Assembly: GCF_006345805.1 (NCBI RefSeq)
Contig: NC_043026.1
Span: 5,766,001 to 5,830,000 of the forward strand
Source: Octopus sinensis
Lineage: Eukaryota
DNA length: 64,000 nucleotides
Direction: 5' to 3'
Shown: positions 1 to 13,107 of the stretch, piece by piece
Layout: every line of letters begins with the position of its first letter
Position numbering within the stretch: position 1 is the stretch's first letter
Program-made: the position numbers and the translations under genes
Notes under the pieces: generated by a model
Told to the model about the DNA's origin: nothing
Database searches by the model: none
What the model saw: the letters and a program-made list of their open reading frames with translations, nothing else

Positions 1-980
1 AACACCAACATCACCACCACCACCACCACCACCAATACCACACCACCACCACCACCAATACCACCACCACCACCAACACCACCACCACCACCACCTCCAC
101 CACCACCAACACCACCACCACCACCACCACACCACCCCCCCACCACCACCACCACCAATACCAACCACCACCACCAACACCACCACCACACCACCACCAC
201 CACCACCAATACCACCACCACCACACCACCACCACCACCACCAATACCACCACACCACACCCCCACCCACACCACCACCAACACCACCACCACCACCAAT
301 ACCACCACCACCACCAACACCTCCACCACCACCACCACCACCACCACCAATACCACCACCACCACCACCACCACCACCACCAGAAATCACCATCACCACA
401 ACAACCATTATGACAAATATAACCCACAGTATCACCACCACTACCAACAACAACACCATCAAAACCTCGCCGCTGCTACCAGCACCACCACCATCACCAT
501 CATTACTATCACATTATCACCTAACCACCAACACCAACACTGCCACCATCACCACCTCCACCACCACTGCTTTCTCCATCAAAATCACTGCTATCTCTAC
601 CAACACCACCACCACTACCACTATCACCACCACCACCACCAGCACCACTATGAAAACTGGCATTACCACCACCACCACCAACCAACCACTACCACCACCA
701 CCAACACAACCACTACCACCACTACCGCAACCGCAAAGACTACTACCACCACCACCACCACCACCACAACACCCATCATCATCATCATCATTATCACCAC
801 CCACTCACTATTTTCTCAATAAAGCTGTCCTCACCACACACACACACTCATTCACACACACACACACACACACTCATTCACACACACACACACACACACA
901 CACTCATTCACACACACACACACACACACACTCATTCACACACACACACACACACACACTCATTCACACACACACACTTG
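1..980. repeat. Imperfect (CAC)n/(ACC)n low-complexity tract followed by (CA)n with TCATT interruptions
   Basis: Directly visible; explains the poly-W/V/T/H/P ORFs. Confidence 0.95.
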
Positions 981-1346
981 TCCATAAAAAAAAAAAACCT
1001 ACCAAACACCACATCTCCACGTGCCAACAAGCGATAACAATTCTACATCATGTATCAACCTGCTAGAAATAACAGTCAAATTGTCCTCAAATCATATTCT
1101 GAAGACTTTTGTATCTATGTATGAACCAATGACAAAAACTTCTACATAGCAGAACAGAAACAGAAACCAACTCTCCCTCAAAGCAGCCCCTACAATCTTA
1201 TGCAACTATATATACATCTATACATGTAAGTATATACACACACGTATATACTATTCTTAGCTTCTATATTTGAGAGATGAGGAATTATTTACATTATTTA
1301 CATTATTTACATTTGATGGATATTTGTCCTCATCTTGTTTGTTGTT

Positions 1347-1392
1347 AACACAACGTTTCGGCTGATATACCCTCCAGCCTTCATCAGGTGTC
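1347..1392 (-). ncRNA. Candidate minimal type-I hammerhead ribozyme (Penelope-like element type)
   Basis: Minus strand: GACAC-CUGAUGA-A-GGCUG(gaggguauau)CAGCC-GAA-ACGU-U-GUGUU. Stem I GACAC/GUGUU, stem II 5 bp, palindromic ACGU stem III, GUU triplet. Confidence 0.55.
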
Positions 1393-1464
1393 TTGGGGAA
1401 ATTTCAAACCTGGGTTCTCATTCCTAAGGCATTTTCGATATCATTATTATCATTATTATTACTA

Positions 1465-1510
<46 letters not shown>

Positions 1511-1970
1511 GAGTGAGATAGCAGTGCATGCCATCAAAGTGACACTGGGGTAAAATATACGAACCCAGTATACCCATCATGATTACCCATCTGATAATGG
1601 TACACTAGGCACATGCATCACAACCATATGTGCACGACATGGTGATCTCTTATCAAGATAAACAGCACATGACCTTGCAGGTGGGGCCCAGTTAGAATTT
1701 TCATCTGGTTGGGTAACCCATCCCACTCAAAAGGTCCCCGATTAAGGGTTGTTTAAGAATGTTGAATGAAACACCCATGTTTCCAGAGGTGAATTATTCA
1801 AACCCCAAAGAATCCCTCTCAACACATGGCTATGATGCTCCCCCACTACTTCTGCTCGTGATCAGAGATGCACATATCGTCAGCCACTAAGGGACATGCT
1901 CAACTGGTTACGGTCAAACAACTGACAAGCAAATCTGTGGTATTCAGCAGAATATTTGCTCATATATATA

Positions 1971-2018
<48 letters not shown>

Positions 2019-2072
2019 GCAACCAGAGTTTTGGTCAGTTAGCAACTGAACTTCACAACCTCATATGTTCTT

Positions 2073-2375
2073 AAAATTCAAATCTACATCTTTATCTGTA
2101 TATCTACCTTCTCTAAAATGTTACTACTTGATTTGAAATCTTTTATATTATTGGAAAACCTATATAATTGGCTGAAGAGCACTCAGCATCTTAAATCTGC
2201 TGTAATACTTACAACTTTTAATAAAATGACATAGTGCGAAACAATTGTACCAAATTACCGGAGTCATTCTTGTTGCTTATTTTTTATTATAATCACCCCG
2301 CAAATTTTTATGGGTAACACCATACAAAATTCTGGTGCATCTAAATTAAGTACCATATTCATTTGAATCTAAATT
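2073..2375. mobile_element. Partial copy of the MITE at 6382-6730
   Basis: Clear similarity to 6425-6730 (aaatctacatcttt...ggtgcatctaaattaag...gaatctaaat); left TIR absent. Confidence 0.7.
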
Positions 2376-2399
2376 GTTGCTGATCTTATATATGTATAT

Positions 2400-2942
2400 G
2401 CCGCTCTCCAGCCATCTATTTAAAACTGTATACAGCTATGGTACGACCACACTTGGAATTTGCATCATCAGTTTGAAACCCCTATCTTGCTCAGAACATT
2501 GACCTCCTGGAATCTGTTCAGAGACGTGCAACCAAACGCATACCTCTCCATCAGACACCTACCATATTCTGAGCGCCTTGTTTCCCCCTGGGCATGGATT
2601 CACTGAAGCTTCGGCGTCTGGCGACGGACTTTGTAAACACCCACAAAGTTGTCAACCACCTCACCACAACCACAACAACACTGAACACCTTTTTGATCTC
2701 CTGTGTCTAACACACGTGGACAATGCCACCAAGTCCAAAACAACACAGCTCCCATGACTTTCGGAAACATTTCTTCACGCTCAGAGTTGCTGAAGCATGG
2801 AATAAACTGCCTGCGTCAGTCTTGACTGCCATGGACACTGCATCCTTTAAGGCCCTCATGCTTTCCGAAATCCGTCGAAACTACACCTGATTATATATGC
2901 ACTTTAGATGAGTTGTAGTGCACCTGAGCACTGTACACAATG

Positions 2943-2975
<33 letters not shown>
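2400..2975 (+). mobile_element. CR1-clade LINE 3' end (family 1), decayed
   Basis: Frameshifted translation LYTAMVRPHLEFASSV.NPYLAQNIDLLESVQRRATKRI ... FRKHFFTLRVAEAWNKLP; (TTA)n tail. Confidence 0.85.
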
Positions 2976-2977
<2 letters not shown>

Positions 2978-3264
2978 CATATATATATTAGCAATAATTG
3001 CAATGATATAGAGCAAATTGCAATGATATAGAGCATGAAGACTTGTCCATCCTCAAAATTTATTTTCTCTTATGTTATCGTTTTATACAGCATATTTTTA
3101 GGGTCTTTATGATCTACAGGTTGGTTAAGGAGGGCCAGCCTAGCGTATATCTATCCACTGTATACTGCAAAATATAAACAACACAGCATGTTTTATGAAT
3201 ATATGAACAACAAAAGGGTTTCCACAACAAGCAGTACACTTGATATCAAAGCTACAGCATAAGC

Positions 3265-3860
3265 GCAGGAGGGCTGTGTGGTAAGTAGGTTGCTTACCAA
3301 CCACATGGTTCCGGGTTCATTCCCACTGCGTGGCACCTTGGGCAAGTGTTTTCTACTATAGCCTCGGGCTGACCAAGCCTTGTGAGTGGATTTGGTTAGA
3401 CGGAAACTGAAAGAAGCCCGTCGTATAATGTATATATATAATATATATGGTGCAGGAGTGACTGTGTGGTAAGTAGCTGCTTACCAACCACAATGGTTCC
3501 GGTTCAGTCCCACTGTGTGGCACCTTGGGCAAGTGTCTTCTTCTATAGCCTCGAGCTGACCAAAGCCTTGTGAGTGGATTTGGTAGACGGAAACTGAAGA
3601 AGCCTGTCGTATATATGTATATATATATGTGTGTGTGTGCATGTATGTGTGTGTGTCTTTGTTTGTCCCCCTAGCATTGCTTGACAACCGATGCTGGTGT
3701 ATTTACGTCCCCGTAACTTAGCGGTTCAGCAAAAAGAGACTGATAGAATAAGTACCAGGCTTACAAGGAATAAGTCCCGGGGTCGATTTACTCGACTAGA
3801 AGGCGGTGCTCCAGCATGGCCGCAGTCAAATGACTGAAACAAGTAAAAGAAAGTAAAAGA
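3265..3860 (+). mobile_element. tRNA-derived SINE family A (CORE-like centre); representative of dozens of copies or fragments across the window
   Basis: Head gtggctgtgtggtaag...ggttcagtccc (A/B-box-like), centre ggcaccttgggcaagtgtcttc resembling the CORE domain, internal (TA/TG)n, tail ...gactgaaacaagtaaaagag. Identity with the published octopus OR-type SINEs is inference. Confidence 0.85.
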
Positions 3861-4189
3861 ACAAGAAAATATCCAACCAGAACCCTGTGAAAGCGCTATC
3901 ATCAACCTTGATCTAATTAGACCAAACTCTGATTTTTGGACAGCATCTGATGTTTTAAATTTGAGGTCAACTGCACAAGCCTACAAACGGATCAGATTTC
4001 AGTATCAAAACAACTCCCTCTCCCCCACTCCTGAAGCCAAACTAACAAAAACCTGACGCCACCCATTTCACTTTGGACCTAGCCAAATGCATAAATCTTG
4101 AAGAAGCTGCACCGAACGTCATGCCAGTTTGCATCTGCCAGTTCTTGCTGTCTATGCTGTGGAAACATGGGTACTCTCTCTCTCTTTTT

Positions 4190-5520
4190 ACTCTTTTACT
4201 TGTTTCAGTCATTTGACTGCGGCCATGCCGGAGCACCGCCTTTTAGTCGAGCAAATCGACCCCGGGACTTATTCTTTTGTAAGCCCAGTACTTATTCTAT
4301 CGGTCTCTTTTACTTGTTTCAGTCATTTGACTGCGGCCATGCCGGAGCACCACCGCCTTTTAGTCAAGCAACTTGACCCCGCGGGACTTATTCTTTGTAA
4401 GCCCAGTACTTATCTATCGGTCTCTTTTTGCCGAACCGTTAAGTAACGGGGACATAAAACCACCAGCACGGTTGTCAAGCAATGCTAGGGGGACAACACA
4501 CACACGCATATATATATATACATATATAAGACGGGCTTCTTTCAGTTTCCGTCAACCAAATCCACTCACAAGGCCTTGGTCGGCCCGAGGCTATAGTAGA
4601 ATGCACTTGCCCAAGGTTCGACCCCAGGACTTATTCTTTGTAAGCCTATACTTATTCTATCGGTCTCTTTTACTTGTTTTTCAGTCATTTGACTGCGGCC
4701 ATGCTGGAGCACCGCCTTTTAGTCGAGAGCAAATCGACCCCAGGACTTATTCTTTTGTAACCTAGTACTTATTCTATCGGTCTCTTTTATTTGTTTCAGT
4801 CATTTGACTGTGGCCATGCTGGAGCCCGCCTTTTAGTCATCAAATCGACCCCAGGACTTATTAGCCTAGTACTTATTCTATCGGTCTCTTTTACTTGTTT
4901 CAGTCATTTGACTGTGGCCATGCTGGAGCACCGCCTTTTAGTCGATCAAATCGACCCCAGGACTTATTCTTTGTAAGCCTAGTACTTATTCTATCGGTCT
5001 CTTTTACTTGTTTCAGTCATTTGACTGTGGCCATGCTGGAGCATGGCCTTTTAGTCAATCATATCAACCCCAGGACTTATTCTTTGTAAGCCTAGTACTT
5101 ATTCTATCGGTCTCTTTTACTTGTTTCAGTCATTTGACTGTGGCCATGCTGGAGCACCGCCTTTTAGTTGAGCAAATCGACACCAGGACTTATTCCTTGT
5201 AAGCCTAGTACTTATTCTATCGGTCACTTTTACCGAACCACTAAGTTACGGAGACGTAAACACACCAGCATTGGTTGTCAAGCGGTGTTGGTCGGACAAA
5301 CACAGACAGACAAACATACACCCACATATACATACACACATATATATATACATATATACAACGGGCTTCTTTCAGTTTCCATCTACCAAATCCACTCACA
5401 AGGCTTTGGTCGGCCCGAGGCTATAACAGAAGACACTTGCCCAAGATGCCACGCAGTGGGACTGAACCCAGAACCATGTGGTTGGTAAGAAAGCTACTTA
5501 CCACACAGCCACTCCTGCGC
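4190..5520 (-). repeat. Two family A SINEs with reiterated ~113-bp 3' tails
   Basis: Tail unit ttttacttgtttcagtcatttgactg...ctatcggtctc starts near 4194, 4309, 4667, 4786, 4890, 5003, 5116. Confidence 0.9.
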
Positions 5521-6381
5521 CTAGCTACTTTGAAAATATACTGTATAAAACTGTAAAATATGAAGTAGGAATTTTGAGGGTTATAACTTAACCTTGTGAA
5601 CTTTCTAAACTCTCTGACGAAGCCCAGAGGCACACCCAAGTACCTTAATCTTATCTACTAAATACTTCAGTTCACTGAAGGGATAGAAGTAAAGTGGGGT
5701 ACTGTGGCCCCTTGACTGAAACAGCTGTAAGATACTATCCTACATTCTATGCTCTACATCATATATTTTAATAATTACTGGTATTTTTATATTTTATATA
5801 TTATATATGTAAAGCATAATCTGTTATGCATGTATGTATATTATTATAATTGTTTTTTTTTTATAAATAAATAGGGCAGGAGTGGCTGTGTTGGTAAGTA
5901 GCTTGCCTTACCAACCACATGGTTTTGGGTTCAGTCCCACTGCGTGGCACCTGGGCAAGTGTTTTTCTACTATAGCCTCGGGCACCAAAGCCCTTTTGAG
6001 TGGATTTGGTAGACAGAAACTGAAAGAAACCCATCGTAATATATGTATATATATATGTTTGTGTGTGTGTGTATGTTTTGTGTGTCTGTGTTTGTCCCTC
6101 TAGCATTGCTTGACAACCAATGCTGGTGTGTGTTTACGTCCCCGTCACTAAGCGGTTTCGGCAAAAGAGACCGATAGAATAAGTCTGGGGCTTACAAAGA
6201 ATAAGTCCCGGGCCGAGTTGCTTGACTAAAGGTGGTGCTCCAGCATGGCTGCAGTCAACTGACTGAAACAAGTAAAAGAGTAAAAGAGTAAAGAGAGAGA
6301 CAAAAATTGATGAATACCACCTCTTGATCCCCTCCTTTTCTTATTGCTGTATATATATATATATATATATATCTATATATA

Positions 6382-6730
6382 CAGGAAAAATTTAGATTCA
6401 AATGAATATGGTGCTTAATTTAGATGCACCAATTTAAATCTACATCTTTGTCTATATATCTACTTCTCTATAATGTTGGCCACTTGATATGAAATTTTTT
6501 TTGTATTAATGGAAAACCTCAATTTGGCTGATGAGTGCTCAGCATTTTAAAACTGTTGTCTACTTACAACATTTAATAAAATGATGTAGTACGAAACAAT
6601 CGTACCAAATTACCGGAAACATTCTGTTGCTTATTTTCTACTATAATCACCACCCTGAAATTTTTATGGGTAACACCATACAAAATTCTGGTGCATCTAA
6701 ATTAAGTCACATATTCATTGAATCTAAATT
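6382..6730. mobile_element. MITE with ~42-bp inverted repeats, TA-flanked (Tc1/mariner-like by inference)
   Basis: atttagattcaaatgaatatggtgcttaatttagatgcacca (6390-6432) versus tggtgcatctaaattaagtcacatattcattgaatctaaat (6689-6729). Confidence 0.7.
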
Positions 6731-6769
6731 ATATATATATATATAATATATATAAATATAGAATCATCA

Positions 6770-7260
6770 TCATCATCATCATCGTTTAGCGTCTGCTTTC
6801 CATGCTAGCATAGGTTGGACAGTTCGGACTGGGGTCTGGGAAGCCAGAAGGCTGCAACCAGGCCCAGTCTGATCTGCAAGGTTTCTACAGCTGATGCCCT
6901 TCCTAACGCCAACCTCCGTGAGTTTAGTGGGGGCTTTTTACGTGCCACCCGCGCAGGTGCCAGACGGAAGTGGCAAACGGCCACGGTCGGATGGTGCTTT
7001 TTAATAACGTCCCAACCGGCACGGGGGCCAGGCAAGGCTGGCAACGGCCACTCGGATGGTGGCTTTTTACGTGCCACCGGCATGGGGGCCAGGCGAGGCT
7101 GGCAACAGCCACGAACGGATGGTGCTTTTTACGGCCACCGGCACGGAGGCCAGTCGGGGCGGCACTGGCAACGGCCACGATCAGATGGTTCACTTACTTG
7201 GTTCACAGCTGCAATTTCCATTGATTTGATCGACTTCGATTTTGGTTTTCTGCTTTCTGA
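6770..7260 (-). mobile_element. SINE-like retroposon family C with (ATG)n tail; representative (others near 16377, 20578, 26218, 31448, 42345, 43070, 43795, 47262, 47825, 49735, 61855, 63885)
   Basis: Constant block gtggttggcgttaggaagggcatccagc...gtccaacccatgctagcatggaaagcggacgttaaacgatgatg, preceded by a variable number of ~60-70-bp units. Confidence 0.85.
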
Positions 7261-7277
7261 TATCTGATTTGATTTTG

Positions 7278-7344
<67 letters not shown>

Positions 7345-7589
7345 ATGCATATACATATATATATATATATATATATAATTATATATTAATATACATATAT
7401 ATATATATATATTATATATATATATATGTAATATATATATGTGTATATAGATGAGTGTATTTTTGCCTTGTTAACACTATACATATCCATCATCTTTCTA
7501 AAATCTTTTATTGATGAGTTTCGTTTTTTCACTTCCCTGAAGAGAAGATTGCATTGTTTTTACAAGTTTCATTGTATAAACGGGGTTAA

Positions 7590-7742
7590 TACGATTTTGT
7601 CTTCCCTTCTTTTATGCAACAAGAACCATCCATTTCTCGACTGGATTGTGACTTGCGATGGAAAGTGGATTCTTTACGACAACCGGCGATGCTCAGCTCT
7701 GTGATTGGACACCGACGGAGCTTCACGGCACTTCCCTAAGTG
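7590..7742 (+). pseudogene. Mariner transposase relic (first catalytic Asp region)
   Basis: SSLLLCNKNHPFLDWIVTCDGKWILYDNRRCSAL*LD matches the mariner FLDRIVTGDEKW..YDN motif; contains a stop. Confidence 0.85.
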
Positions 7743-7744
7743 CA

Positions 7745-8305
7745 ATACTCACACAATACACATACACATACACACAAACACAATACACACACACAACACA
7801 CACACAATACACACACAATACACACACACAACACACACACAATACACACACACACACAATACATATTACACAACACACACACACACAATACACACACACA
7901 ACACACACACACAATACACATACACACACAACATACACACAATACACAAGCACAATACATGCACACACACACAATACACACACTCAATACACACTCAATA
8001 CACACGCAACACACACAATACATTCACACACAACACACACACACAATACACACACTCAATACACACACACACACTCAATACACACACACAATTTACACAC
8101 AACACACACACACAACACACACACAATACACACACACAACACACACACAATACACATAACACACACACAATACACATAACACACACACAATACACACACA
8201 CATTACGCACACACACACACTCAGTCACACAATACACAACACACACACACAATACACAACACACACACTACACAATACACACACACACCACACACACCCA
8301 CACAG
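7745..8305. repeat. (CA)-rich compound microsatellite running into an assembly gap
   Basis: ACACACAATAC-type units. Confidence 0.9.
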
Positions 8306-8313
8306 GTATAAGA

Positions 8314-8413
8314 NNNNNNNNNNNNNNNNNNNNNNNNNNNNNNNNNNNNNNNNNNNNNNNNNNNNNNNNNNNNNNNNNNNNNNNNNNNNNNNNNNNNNNN
8401 NNNNNNNNNNNNN
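8314..8413. other. Assembly gap (100 N)
   Basis: Run of N. Confidence 1.
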
Positions 8414-8461
8414 AAGATGGTTACTCTATACTTTTGTAGGGCACAGATTTATTATTCTTAT

Positions 8462-9790
8462 AGGCGCAGGAGTGGCTGTGTGGTAAGTAGCTTGCTTACC
8501 AACCACATGGTTCCGGGTCAGTCCCACTGCGTGGCACCTTGGGCAAGTGTCTTCTACTATAGCCTCGGGCCGACCAATGCCTTGTGAGTGGATTTGGTAG
8601 ACGGAAACTGAAAGAAGCCTGTCGTATATATGTATATATATGTATGTATATGTAGGCGCAGAGTGGCTGTGTGGTAAGTAGCTTGCTAACCAACCACATG
8701 GTTCCGGGTTCAGTCCCACTGCGTGGAACCTTGGGCAAGTGTCTTCTACTATAGACTCGGGTCGAACAAAGCCTTGTGAGTGGATTTGGTAGACGGAAAC
8801 TGAAAGAAGCTTGTCGTATATATGTATGTATATGTAGGCGCAGGAGTGGCTGTGTGGTAAGTAGCTTGCTAACCAACCACATGGTTCCGGGTTCAGTCCC
8901 ACTGCGTGGCACCTTGGGCAAGTGTCTTCTACTATAGCCTCGGGCCGACCAATACCTTGTGAGTGGATTTGGTAGACGGAAACTGAAAGAAGCCTGTCGT
9001 ATATATGTATATATATGTATGTATATGTAGGCGCAGGAGTGGCTGTGTGGTAAGTAGCTTGCTAACCAACCACATGGTTCCGGGTTCAGTCCCACTGCGT
9101 GGAACCTTGGGCAAGTGTCTTCTACTATAGACTCGGGTCGAACAAAGCCTTGTGAGTGGATTTGGTAGACGGAAACTGAAAGAAGCTTGTCGTATATATG
9201 TATGTATATGTAGGCGCAGGAGTGGCTGTGTGGTAAGTAGCTTGCTAACCAACCACATGGCTCTGGGTTCAGTCCCACTGCGTGGCATCTTGGGCAAGTG
9301 TCTTCTGCTCTAGCCTCGGGTCAACCAAAGCCTTGTGAGTGGATTTGGTAGATGGAAACTGAAAGAAGCCTGTCGGTATATATATGTATGTATGGCGCGT
9401 GGAGTGGTGTGTTAAGTAGCTTGCTAACCAACCACATGGTTCCAGGTTCAGTCCCACTGCATGTCATCTTGGGCAAGTGTCTTCTGCTATAGCCACGGGT
9501 CGACCAATGCCTTGTGAGTGGATTTGGTAGACGGAAACTGAAAGAAGCCTGTTGTATATATGTATATATATATATGTATGTGTGTGTCTGTGTTTGTCCC
9601 CCTGGCATTCCTTGACAACCGATGCTGATGTATTTACGTCCCCGTCACTTAGCGGTTCGGCAAAAGAGGCCGATAGAATAAGTACTGGGCTTACAAAAGA
9701 ATGAGTCCCGGGGTCAAGTTGCTCGACTAAAGTTGGTGCTCCAGCATGGCCGCAGTCAAATGACCGAAACAAGTAAAAGAGTAAAAGAGT
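8462..9790 (+). repeat. Tandem array of six family A SINE heads (~185-190 bp) followed by one tail
   Basis: Heads start near 8462, 8654, 8835, 9028, 9212, 9395. Confidence 0.9.
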
Positions 9791-10149
9791 TTGTTGTTGA
9801 TAGTGACTTCGAGGTTTTGACCTGCTAAGCCATTGTCGGACTTCACAGAAGGGACAGGTCCACATATATGTCATCCTTATAATCATCATTTAACGTCCTC
9901 CTTCCATGCTGGCATGGGTTGGACGGTTTCATAGAAACTGACCGAGCAGAAGGCTGCACCAGGCTTCTGTGTCTGTTTTGGTCGGGTTTTTTTGTGTCCG
10001 GATAGTTTTCCTAGCACCAACCACCCAGTAGAGTCGGGTGAGTGCTTTTCACAAGGCACAAGCACAGGTGAGGCATGGTTTTTATAGCTGGGTGTCCTTC
10101 CGAATGCCAACCACTTTACGGAGTAGACTGGATGCTTTTTGCCAGCATG

Positions 10150-11436
10150 TGTGTGTATATATATATATACATACATACATACACACACACACACATACAT
10201 AGACATAGACACACATATACATACAGACACATGCATACATATATTTACATACACACACACACACACATAGACATAGACACACACACACACGCATATATAT
10301 ATATAGACACATACATACATATATTTACACACACACACACATATATGCATAGACATGCTCATATATACATACATACACACACACATACACACACACATGC
10401 ATATATACGCACATGCATATATACACACATGCATATATACACACATGCATATATACACACACATGCATATATACACACATGCTTATATACGCACACATGC
10501 TTATATACGCACACATGCATATATACACACATGCATATATACACACATGCATATATACACACACATGCATATATACACACATGCTTATATACACACATGC
10601 ATATATACACACACATGCTTATATATACACACATGCTTATATACACACACATGCATATATACACACATGCATATATACACACACGCATATATACACACAC
10701 ACATGCATATATACACACATGCTTATATACGCACACATGCATATACACACACACACACACGCATATATTCACACACACATGCATATATACACACACATGC
10801 ATAGATAACTGTGACCATCTCTGTACACATCCTAATAATATAGAATGTATGTATATCCATGTGTATGTCGAACCATTTATACACTCTAATTTGTCTGTGT
10901 CTTAGCGTGACAGAAATTAGGAATTACATAATCAGAGCTTGCATTTGTGAGTTGGGGTTGGAAGTGGTTTGCATAAATGTACTTTCCTCTGTAATAATAA
11001 TAATAATAATAATAATAACGATAATGATGATGATGATGATGATGATGATTTACTTACCACAAGCCTGAATGTCTTTAATTAAGAATTGTAATTATCTTCA
11101 GCAAATTACTGTATGAAATAGGTACACATGTATGTATATGTATATATGTATGTGTATGTATGTATATGTATATATGTATGTGTATGTATGTATATATATA
11201 TATATATCTATGTGTATGTATATCTATGTGTGTGTATGTATATCTATGTGTGTATGTATATCTATGTGTGTGTATGTATATCTATGTGTGTATGTATGTC
11301 TAATGTATATGTGTGTATAATATATCTATGTGTGTGTGTATGTATGTGTGTCTATGTGTGTGTAATATATATGTGTGTGTATGTATGTGTTTATGTATAT
11401 CTGTATGTATGTGTTTATATATATCTGTATGTATGT

Positions 11437-11479
<43 letters not shown>

Positions 11480-11490
11480 TATATATCTGT
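10150..11490. repeat. CA/TA/TG compound microsatellites and ACACATGCATATAT-type minisatellite
   Basis: Directly visible; source of the HTHAYI and VCMYI ORFs. Confidence 0.9.
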
Positions 11491-11499
11491 ATGTGTGTA

Positions 11500-11750
11500 A
11501 GAAGGTGTGTAGACTAGTGGTTAGGCTGTTGGACTCCCGATTGCTAGGCCATGGGTTCGATTCCCAGACTGGCTGGCGTGTTGTGTTCTTGAGCAAAACA
11601 CTTCATTTCGTGTTGCTCCAATCAGTCGGGTAGAATGTTGGCTTGCTCACCTAGCCTGTGGGATGGCATCATTCGAATTCTAAAACAATGCAAAAGTGCA
11701 TTGTGACCAGCGATGTGTAACAGCATCTGGTAGTCTGGTTGGTGACGTGT
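11500..11750 (+). mobile_element. Diverged relative of tRNA-derived SINE family D
   Basis: tRNA-like head (agtggttagg...ggttcgattcc) and shared 3' block gcattgtgaccagcgatgtgtaacagcatctgg. Confidence 0.7.
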
Positions 11751-12626
11751 GTGTGCAGGAGTGGCTGTGTGATAAGTAGTTTGTTTAGCAACCACATGGT
11801 TCAGGGTTCGCACCCACTGTGTGGCACCTTGGGCAAGTGGCTTCTACTGTATAGCCTCCAGCTGACCAAAGCCTTGTGAGTGGATTTGATGGATGGAAAC
11901 TGAAAGAAACCTGTTGTCTGTGTAAATATATGTGTATATATATATATATATCAACCCATGCTAGCATGGAAAACGGACGTTAAACGATGATGATGATATA
12001 TATATATGTGTGTGTATGTGTTTGTCCCCACAACATCGCTTGACAACCGATGCTGGTGTGTTTATGTCCCTGTAACTTCGTGGTTCAGCAAAAGAGACTG
12101 ATAGAATAATTACTAGGCTTACAAATAAGCCCTGGGGTTGATTTTTCTCAACTAAAGGCAGTGCTGCAGCATGGCCACAGTCAAATGACTGAATCAGATA
12201 AAAGAATACACACACATACATATACATGCACATAGTATATATAGTAGGTGCAGGAGTGGCTGTGTGGTAAGTAACTTGTTTACCAACCACATGGTTCCGG
12301 GTTCAGTTCCACTGCATGGCATCTTGGGCAAGTATATTCTACTATAGCCTCGGGCCGACCAAAGCCTTGTGAGTGGATTTGGTAGACGGAAACTGAAAGA
12401 AGCCCGTCGTATATATATATATGTGTGTGTGTCTGTTTGTCCCCCCAACATTGCTTGACAACCAATGGTGGTGTGTTTACGTCCCCCATAACTTAGTGGT
12501 TCAGCAAAAAGAGACTGATAGAATAAGTACTAGGCTTACAAAGAATAAGTCCTGGGGTCGATTTGCTTGACTAAAGGCGGTGCTCCAGCATGGCCGCAGT
12601 CAAATGACTGAAACAAGTAAAAGAGA

Positions 12627-12673
<47 letters not shown>

Positions 12674-12909
12674 GGATTTTTGTTAGTGAACAGGTCGCGG
12701 TCTTAAAGTGACGAAAATATTTTGACAATTGAACTTAAATTTTGAAGTGAATCGAACGGCTTTTGTGTTTCTTAAGTGGCTTACAAACACCACTCCACGC
12801 TGCAATTGTTTTTGTTTCAGCACACGATCTCAGATCAAATCACTTGCTATGCAAGTACATCTCCGTAATATATATATATATATAATATATATATAATATA
12901 TATATATAT

Positions 12910-13107
12910 ACTTTATTTAAAGCAGCAGAAAATTCACAAGATCTGTTACTCTTAAGTTTCTCGTTGCCGTTCATCAGACAGTTTTTGGTAAAACTGTAAC
13001 AGATTTTGTTGAATTTTCTGCTGCTTTAAATAAAGCATATTACTCTACCACTGGTATTTGAGTTCTCTTTTTTCCACCTTGTTTCACATTTATGTGTTTA
13101 CTCCGGT
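12910..13107. mobile_element. Short element with ~40-bp inverted arms around a degenerate hammerhead-like core (Penelope-like end by inference)
   Basis: actttatttaaagcagcagaaaattcacaa..tctgttac (12910-12949) versus gtaacaga..ttgttgaattttctgctgctttaaataaagc (12996-13036); minus-strand CUGAUGA...GAAAC between them. Confidence 0.45.

Noticed and set aside
11-1066. 138-aa and 218-aa ORFs
   Set aside because: Translations of (CAC)n and (CA)n tracts with no protein signal.
4080-4175. RTE RT relic (LPVLAVYAVETW)
   Set aside because: Resembles the RTE PVLLYG.ETW motif but is too short and decayed to list as a supported feature.
5590-5650. Minus-strand mini-exon YLGVPLGFVREFRKFT, and a CTGACGA-AGCC..GGC hammerhead-like start
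   Set aside because: Weak splice sites, and no GAAA after the putative stem II.
8426-9608. Recurrent peptides such as GLNPEPCGW, RRHLPKVPRSG and FQSFDCGHAGAPP seen throughout the ORF track
   Set aside because: Conceptual translations of SINE family A, not a gene family.
7658-11633. Many long HT-, CV- and YI-rich ORFs (also 28281-28832, 34682-35547, 38392-39472, 53526-53899)
   Set aside because: Dinucleotide microsatellites lack stop codons in several frames.
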